28,959 nucleotides of DNA from Oscillospiraceae bacterium (GTDB lineage Bacteria; Bacillota; Clostridia; Oscillospirales; Oscillospiraceae), in assembly GCA_017543225.1 (NCBI GenBank), contig JAFYGM010000025.1, forward strand, positions 1 through 28,959. Reading direction: 5' to 3'. Position 1 is the stretch's first letter. Each line of letters starts with the position of its first letter. This document shows positions 26,405 to 28,959 of the stretch, piece after piece. The position numbers and the translations under genes were made by a program. The notes below the pieces were generated by a model, which was given only the letters and a program-made list of their open reading frames with translations, ran no database searches and was not told the origin of the DNA.

Positions 26405-26794
26405 ATGATGAAAAACACGTTTGAACGAATCTACGACGTGGTGCGCCGGATTCCGTGCGGCAAGGTTGCAACCTACGGTCAGGTCGCCCTGCTTGCCGGG
26501 AATCCGCGCTGGGGCCGTGTCGTGGGCTATGCGCTGCACGTCAATCCTGACCCGGAACAAATACCCTGCTTCCGCGTCGTCAACCGCCTTGGAGAGCCGT
26601 CCGCAGCCTTTGCCTTTGGAGGAATCAACGAGCAGGTTCGCCTTCTGGAACAAGAGGGCGTCAAGCTCCGGGATGGACGCGTGGATCTTGCAGTATTTCA
26701 ATGGGATGGGACGTCATCCGCCGCTTCCTGTTCGGAAGCCGACGGTCCTGTGTCGGATGATTTGGCGGAGATTCCCCAATTTGCCAGGGGATAA
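26405..26794 (+). CDS. MGMT-family protein (methylated-DNA-protein-cysteine methyltransferase DNA-binding domain only; Atl/Ogt-like)
   Basis: IPCGKVATYGQVALLAG...IPCFRVVNRLGE matches the Ogt/Ada C-terminal helix-turn-helix and the PCHRV active-site region, but reads PCFRV (His replaced by Phe). There is no N-terminal Ada/Ogt domain. The 3' about 97 nt overlap the convergent ttcA-like gene. Confidence 0.6.
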   Translation: MMKNTFERIYDVVRRIPCGKVATYGQVALLAGNPRWGRVVGYALHVNPDPEQIPCFRVVNRLGEPSAAFAFGGINEQVRLLEQEGVKLRDGRVDLAVFQWDGTSSAASCSEADGPVSDDLAEIPQFARG

Positions 26795-27477
26795 CGCTGC
26801 ATGGCCCCGAACACTTTGTCCTTCAGACCCGGATACCGACCGTTCAGTTCAAAGACCAGATCCTTGATTTCTTCGCGCTTTGTGTGCTTGTCGGCAGGAC
26901 AGGTGTTGTGCACCACAGGAAGCTGATACCGCTGGGCAAAGTGGGCCACAGCCTGTTCCGGCAGATAGAGCAGGGGACGAATCTGAGTGACGCCTGTGCG
27001 ATCCAAATAGGTCACAGGTTCAAAGCAGGAGATGCGTCCTTCGTAGATCAGCGACATCAGAAAGGTTTCCACCGCGTCGTCACGGTGATGCCCCAGCGCA
27101 ATCTTATGAATGCCCGCCTCGGTGATGGCCTTTCCCAAGGCGCCCCGCCGCATCTTTGCGCACAGGGAACAGGGATTCTTCTCCTGGCGATGTTCAAACA
27201 GCACTGGACCGATCTGCGTGTCAATTTTGTGGAAGGGAACCTGAAGCCGATCACACAGCTCTGCAACAGGGGAGAAGTCCATCCCACCCAGGCCCATATC
27301 AACGGAAAAGGCTTCCAGCTCGAAGGGAAGCGGGTAGAACTTTTTCAGCTCTGCCAGAAGCACCAAAAGGGTCAGCGAATCCTTTCCCCCGGAAACGCCG
27401 ACGGCGATCCGGTCTCCTTTTTGAATCATCTGATAATCGTCCACACAGGAGCGAAACAGCGAGAGCATTTTTTGCAT
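26698..27477 (-). CDS. ttcA: tRNA 2-thiocytidine biosynthesis TtcA-like PP-loop ATPase
   Basis: PP-loop VGVSGGKDS plus CSLCAKMRRG and HNTCPAD Cys motifs of the TtcA/TtuA family. Confidence 0.65.
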   Translation of the reverse strand: MQKMLSLFRSCVDDYQMIQKGDRIAVGVSGGKDSLTLLVLLAELKKFYPLPFELEAFSVDMGLGGMDFSPVAELCDRLQVPFHKIDTQIGPVLFEHRQEKNPCSLCAKMRRGALGKAITEAGIHKIALGHHRDDAVETFLMSLIYEGRISCFEPVTYLDRTGVTQIRPLLYLPEQAVAHFAQRYQLPVVHNTCPADKHTKREEIKDLVFELNGRYPGLKDKVFGAMQRYPLANWGISAKSSDTGPSASEQEAADDVPSH

Positions 27478-27580
27478 AGTATCACCCGAAAAATGAAAGT
27501 AAGTATTTAAGAGATTACAAGAGAAAAGCAGAGAAAACAGAAGTTTACTCGAAGAAAAATAAAAACTTCAAAAAATGCAG

Positions 27581-27609
27581 TTGACAGATCGAAAAAAATG
27601 TGTTATAAA
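27581..27609 (+). promoter_or_regulatory. Sigma-70 promoter for rplM-rpsI
   Basis: TTGACA-17-TATAAA within an AT-rich 210-bp leader. Confidence 0.55.
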
Positions 27610-27690
27610 GTTTGAGCGCGAACAGAAATATTGTACACGCGCAGCATGAATTTGTCAAATCAAATGTGATATAGCAACGGAGGAAACATC

Positions 27691-28122
27691 ATGTCCACTA
27701 CTATGGCAAAGAAAGAGACCGTGGAACGCAAGTGGTATGTTATTGACGCTGCCGGCAAGCCCATGGGCCGTACCGCCGTCATCGCTGCCAACCTGCTTCG
27801 CGGCAAGCACAAGGTCGATTTCACCCCCAACGTTGACTGCGGCGATTTCGTCATCATCGTCAACACCGACAAGGCCGTTCTCACCGGCAACAAGGCGGAG
27901 GACAAGTACTACCGCCGTCACACCGGCTGGATCGGCGGCCTGAAGGAGACCAAGTATCGTCTTCTGATGGAGTCCCGTTCCGACTTCGCGATGGAGCTGG
28001 CCGTCAAGGGTATGCTTCCCAAGAACAGCATTGGTCGCACTGCTTTGACCCGCCTGAAGCTCTACAAGGGCGCCGAGCACAAGAACGCCGCTCAGAAGCC
28101 CGTCGAATGGACGCAGGACTAA
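27691..28122 (+). CDS. rplM: 50S ribosomal protein L13
   Basis: KWYVIDAAGKPMGRTAVIAANLLRGKHK is the L13 signature; GGAGGA RBS. Confidence 0.95.
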   Translation: MSTTMAKKETVERKWYVIDAAGKPMGRTAVIAANLLRGKHKVDFTPNVDCGDFVIIVNTDKAVLTGNKAEDKYYRRHTGWIGGLKETKYRLLMESRSDFAMELAVKGMLPKNSIGRTALTRLKLYKGAEHKNAAQKPVEWTQD

Positions 28123-28136
28123 GGAGGTAACACACA

Positions 28137-28541
28137 ATGTACGAGAGCAAGAGAGCTTATCATTACGGCACCGGCCGCCGCAAGGCTTCCGTCGCCAGAG
28201 TCCGTGTGTATGAGAACGGCACCGGCTCCATCACCATCAATGGCCGCGCCATCGACGATTACTTCGGCCTCGAGACCCTGAAGCTCATCGTCCGTCAGCC
28301 CCTGAACACCACCGGCACAATCAGCAGTGTGGACGTTGTTTGCACGGTTGAGGGTGGCGGCGTGACCGGTCAGGCCGGCGCAATCCGTCACGGTGTTTCC
28401 CGCGCCCTGCTGGACCTGAACCCCGAGTTCCGCGCTCAGCTCAAGGCCGCCGGTTTCCTGACCCGTGACCCCAGAATGAAGGAAAGAAAGAAGTACGGTT
28501 TGAAGGCTGCCCGCCGCGCACCTCAGTTCTCCAAGAGATAA
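28137..28541 (+). CDS. rpsI: 30S ribosomal protein S9
   Basis: [15 protein letters not shown]...[14 protein letters not shown]...[17 protein letters not shown] is the S9 signature; AAGGAGG RBS. Confidence 0.95.
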   Translation: MYESKRAYHYGTGRRKASVARVRVYENGTGSITINGRAIDDYFGLETLKLIVRQPLNTTGTISSVDVVCTVEGGGVTGQAGAIRHGVSRALLDLNPEFRAQLKAAGFLTRDPRMKERKKYGLKAARRAPQFSKR

Positions 28542-28584
28542 ATCTCTTGTCGAACAGCGGTGTCCTCGCGGCATAGCCGCTGCG

Positions 28585-28631
28585 GTCGGGTGGGAAAACA
28601 TGCCCTCGGCATGTTTCCGGATCCGCCCGAC
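28585..28631 (+). other. Nested double hairpin in the rpsI 3' UTR (possible structured RNA or REP-like element)
   Basis: Outer stem GTCGGGTGG/CCGCCCGAC (one G-U) encloses an inner stem AAACATGCC-ctc-GGCATGTTT; no U-tract follows. Confidence 0.35.
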
Positions 28632-28670
28632 AGTTCTCCAAGCGTTAATCAAATCTTTCAATATGCCAAA

Positions 28671-28699
28671 AACCCCGGAAGCTCATGGCTTCCGGGGTT
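28671..28699. terminator. Bidirectional terminator between rpsI (+) and the convergent FAD-oxidoreductase gene (-)
   Basis: AACCCCGGAAGC-tcat-GCTTCCGGGGTT 12-bp stem; TTTCGTTCG follows on + and TTTTTGGCAT on -. Confidence 0.75.
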
Positions 28700-28734
28700 T
28701 CGTTCGTTCGGGAAAAGTTCCGTTCGGGGAATGC

Positions 28735-28959
28735 CTACACCACAGAGGGCTCGGTGAAGAGCTTGCCCTCGGCGAAGCGGGAGAGCTTGAGCCGGGAGGC
28801 GTCGATGGTGGGCTCCATTCCCAAAATCATCTCGGACATGACGGTGCCGGTGACGGGGCCGAACATGAAGCCGTGGCCGCTGAAGCCAACGGCGACGTAG
28901 AAGCCCTCCACGCCCTCCACCTTATCGTAGATGGGCTGGCGGTCGGGGGACATATTGTA
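28735..28959 (-). CDS. FAD-dependent oxidoreductase (DAO/glycine-oxidase-like), C-terminal fragment (5' end outside window)
   Basis: C-terminal GFSGHGFMFGPVTGTVMSE is the conserved DAO-family C-terminal FAD-binding motif; the frame is open to the window edge. Confidence 0.5.
   Translation of the reverse strand, partial: YNMSPDRQPIYDKVEGVEGFYVAVGFSGHGFMFGPVTGTVMSEMILGMEPTIDASRLKLSRFAEGKLFTEPSVV

Noticed and set aside
28560-28757. 65-aa ORF spanning the rpsI 3' UTR hairpins and terminator
   Set aside because: Runs straight through two strong RNA hairpins and a terminator; no RBS; low-complexity translation.
1-28959. Scan for CRISPR arrays, IS elements, integrases, toxin-antitoxin pairs and restriction/defence ATPases
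   Set aside because: No regularly spaced direct repeats, no transposase/integrase-like ORFs, no terminal inverted repeats, and no defence-associated motifs were seen on either strand.

Overview
High-GC (about 60%) Firmicutes/Clostridia-like chromosomal window; the taxon is inferred only from composition, AGGAGG-type RBSs and gene content. It is densely coded, with about 28 protein genes, one tRNA-Pro(GGG), several clean rho-independent or bidirectional terminators and sigma-70-like promoters. I see no CRISPR array, transposase, integrase or phage genes. Genes in order: a 3' IMPDH-family fragment; a LysR regulator divergent from a six-gene aromatic amino-acid catabolic cluster (iorA, iorB, ptb-like, buk-like, class I aminotransferase, unusually long tryptophanase/tyrosine phenol-lyase family enzyme). 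Then an MBL-fold hydrolase / flavin-reductase-like / class I glutamine amidotransferase trio; murC (minus); an alanine/glycine:cation symporter; an inositol monophosphatase-family gene. Then a lipoprotein M3-like HEFGH metallopeptidase; a CBS-pair protein with an RBS-sequestering hairpin; pgsA (minus); an SPFH/COG4260-like protein with three C-terminal zinc ribbons (minus). Then pepF, a small coupled ORF, an Sfp-type PPTase, nadE and a PHP histidinol-phosphatase-like gene as one apparent operon. Then tRNA-Pro, a Dabb-like small protein, a repeat-containing lipoprotein, an MGMT-like DNA-binding-domain protein with an altered PCHR motif, ttcA-like (minus), rplM-rpsI, and the 3' end of an FAD-dependent oxidoreductase (minus). 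The best candidates for something new are: (1) the LysR-controlled ior-ptb-buk-aminotransferase-tryptophanase-like module, predicted to yield arylacetate plus ATP and/or indole or phenol; (2) the SPFH-plus-zinc-ribbon gene opposite pepF; (3) a second, lipoprotein-anchored M3 peptidase paralog. All functions are inferred by eye from motifs, with no database search.
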